Origin: Podarcis erhardii
Lineage: Eukaryota
Reading direction: 5' to 3' (one strand)
DNA length: 64,000 bases
Assembly (NCBI GenBank): GCA_964252035.1
Contig: OZ176200.1
Below the pieces are notes generated by a model, which did not search any database, was not told the origin of the DNA, and worked only from the letters and a program-made list of their open reading frames with translations. This document shows, piece after piece, positions 62,178-64,000 of the stretch. Position 1 is the stretch's first letter. Every line of letters begins with the position of its first letter. The position numbers and the translations under genes are program-made.

Positions 62178-64000
62178 AGAGTAGTATGACTGACTTAAAA
62201 GCTGGTTTTCATTAAGTCCCCCCCTTCCCCCCATAATTTGAACATTGGAATCCAGCACTCATTTGATATGTAGAACTTGCAAAATCAAAGCATCTTTACA
62301 TGCCAAAGTCAGGATAGCACAGTAAGTTTAGGAATTAATAGAGAGAGGCTTGGTTTTCAAAGTCAAAGTTTAAGCCTCAGCTAATGTTTGTGGGTAATAT
62401 ACTCCCACCCGCCCATGGTTGGTATTCTGGCATCATTTAATATGTATTCTTAATAAAGATGGGCACATTAGCATGCAATGTAAGGCAGTAGAAAACATCT
62501 GGCATAATTCAAATCCTACCACTGCTCAGTTTGATATGGAAGATTGAATTACATATTTTAAGGAGGCTGTGACACTTTTATTTCTTTCAAATTTTATCCC
62601 TATATTCTGAATTTGAAGGAAGCTTTAGAGATTGGGATTTGGATGTAGCAATTTTCCAGAGCAGCCCTCAGTTGATTGAAATTCATGTATTAAGCCATTT
62701 TCTGTTACCTTATTTCTGCTCTTTCTAGCTCTTCTTCTCTTTCTGCATTTCTGTACAGCAATCTACAAATAAAAATAGTAACTATGAGATGGTAACGGCA
62801 GAAGGAAAGAGAGAAAAGGAAACTAAATGGCTTTGCTAAGAATTTTGCATCCTAAAGTGAAGAGATAAGGAAGGGAAAGTAATGCAAAGAGTCATGCAAA
62901 ACTGACATGTTCTTGCTATTAAAACTAGTACTGGGGCCTTTGTTGACATTTTACAGCTGGGGATGGTGTTTTGTGTTACTCTGGTTTGGTCAAGGTTTTC
63001 CATCTCTTCTATCGAAAGGCCAAGTTTACGTAAGATAAATCAGAAAAAGTATACCTATTACTGGATATTGCAGTGATGCACCAAGGTTAAAGTTATACTA
63101 GGCTTAAAGTGGTGCATTAACTTAATTTTGCAAGCAGTGCCTTCTACTTCCAAAATATTGAAAAGATGATGGCCCATGAAACACATTTCTTAGGAAAGAC
63201 TGTAGCTACCTTAAGAGGTAGCACCCAGGTGCAATTATGATTATGCTCATGCTAAGCATGCCCAAGGCTAGATTCCATAGCCTTTTGCAAACAATAATTT
63301 TATTGCACAATATATATGTAGATCTTACTCATATTTGCAGAGAATCCAGGCAGGCTTTCTCCTCAGTGCTGTTCCCCAGATATCACATTTTGCCAACGTG
63401 TAGACCACAGTTCTTTTGCCAATAGAAAACATTAATTTTATATTTTATCTCTGGCCCCCACCCGCCTAACCCATCCCCTTGCTTTCTTGTTTTGATTTGG
63501 CGTGTTGCGTGGAATGAGGCTGTACAGATGTCACAGGCACCTAGAAATGGCCATGACTTCACTGCTCACAATCAGTACAATTTTCTGCCCCTATAGCTGT
63601 GCATATTTTGCTTATTTGCTTAGAGGCTTATCAATCCAGTGTGGTCATATAGCCATTGAAAATAAAGACATACAATAGCAGCAGTAACCACCACAGCAAA
63701 TCTCTCTTATCCATCATGGTTAATGATATCAGCTTTTATTCCTTGTATATGTGTTAGTTTCACTCCTCTCCAGCACTGGAATATTCATATTCACTATTTG
63801 ATTTATGTACTCTGTCCCCAAACAAAATAAGCACCTCAGTATAGTGAGCTCCTAGTGTTGGATCGGGCTACTAGTGTTGGATTTAAATTATTAGTTGCTT
63901 ACTACAAAAGTCTCTAATGGAGCAATCCTAACTATAGAAAGCTAGCATAAATAATGCTGGCATGTTACAGTGGCAAAAGTTACCCCTATTCCAAACTCAG

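Noticed and set aside
62729-62838. Strong pyrimidine tract plus CAG at 62758, then 33 nt in frame to ATG|GTAACG (QSTNKNSNYEM)
   Set aside because: The peptide does not resemble the expected next PHF21A exon (GDIHEDFC...), there is a competing AG at 62728, and the donor is modest. Only RNA-seq could rescue it.
59818-64000. Searched for the PHD-finger exon ([21 protein letters not shown]...)
   Set aside because: Not found by eye; presumably downstream of the window, so it is not annotated.

Overview
Vertebrate (squamate, probably lacertid lizard) genomic DNA lying entirely inside the PHF21A (BHC80) gene, transcribed on the + strand. Bases 1-41621 are part of one very long intron with a 200-N assembly gap at 20337-20536. 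Ten internal coding exons follow (41622-59817), recognised by translation and GT-AG boundaries with consistent phases. They include the mutually exclusive pair: a 23-nt 'ANEEHWPK' microexon and the 164-nt AT-hook exon, only 52 nt apart. The N-terminal and PHD-finger exons were not found in the window. The introns carry squamate repeats: Sauria SINEs, a Bov-B 3' end, CR1 and L2 3' ends, MIR/Ther1-like SINEs, two Tc1/mariner-type MITEs and microsatellites. The most striking structure is three short Penelope-like insertions with 12-13 bp target-site duplications. Each is an approximately 90-bp fold-back palindrome carrying a minimal type-I hammerhead ribozyme core. One intact core lies on the sense strand about 120 nt upstream of a PHF21A 3' splice site, with its own antisense copy immediately 5' of it. 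Family names and the gene identity come from recalled consensus sequences; no database search was run, and coordinates were counted by hand.
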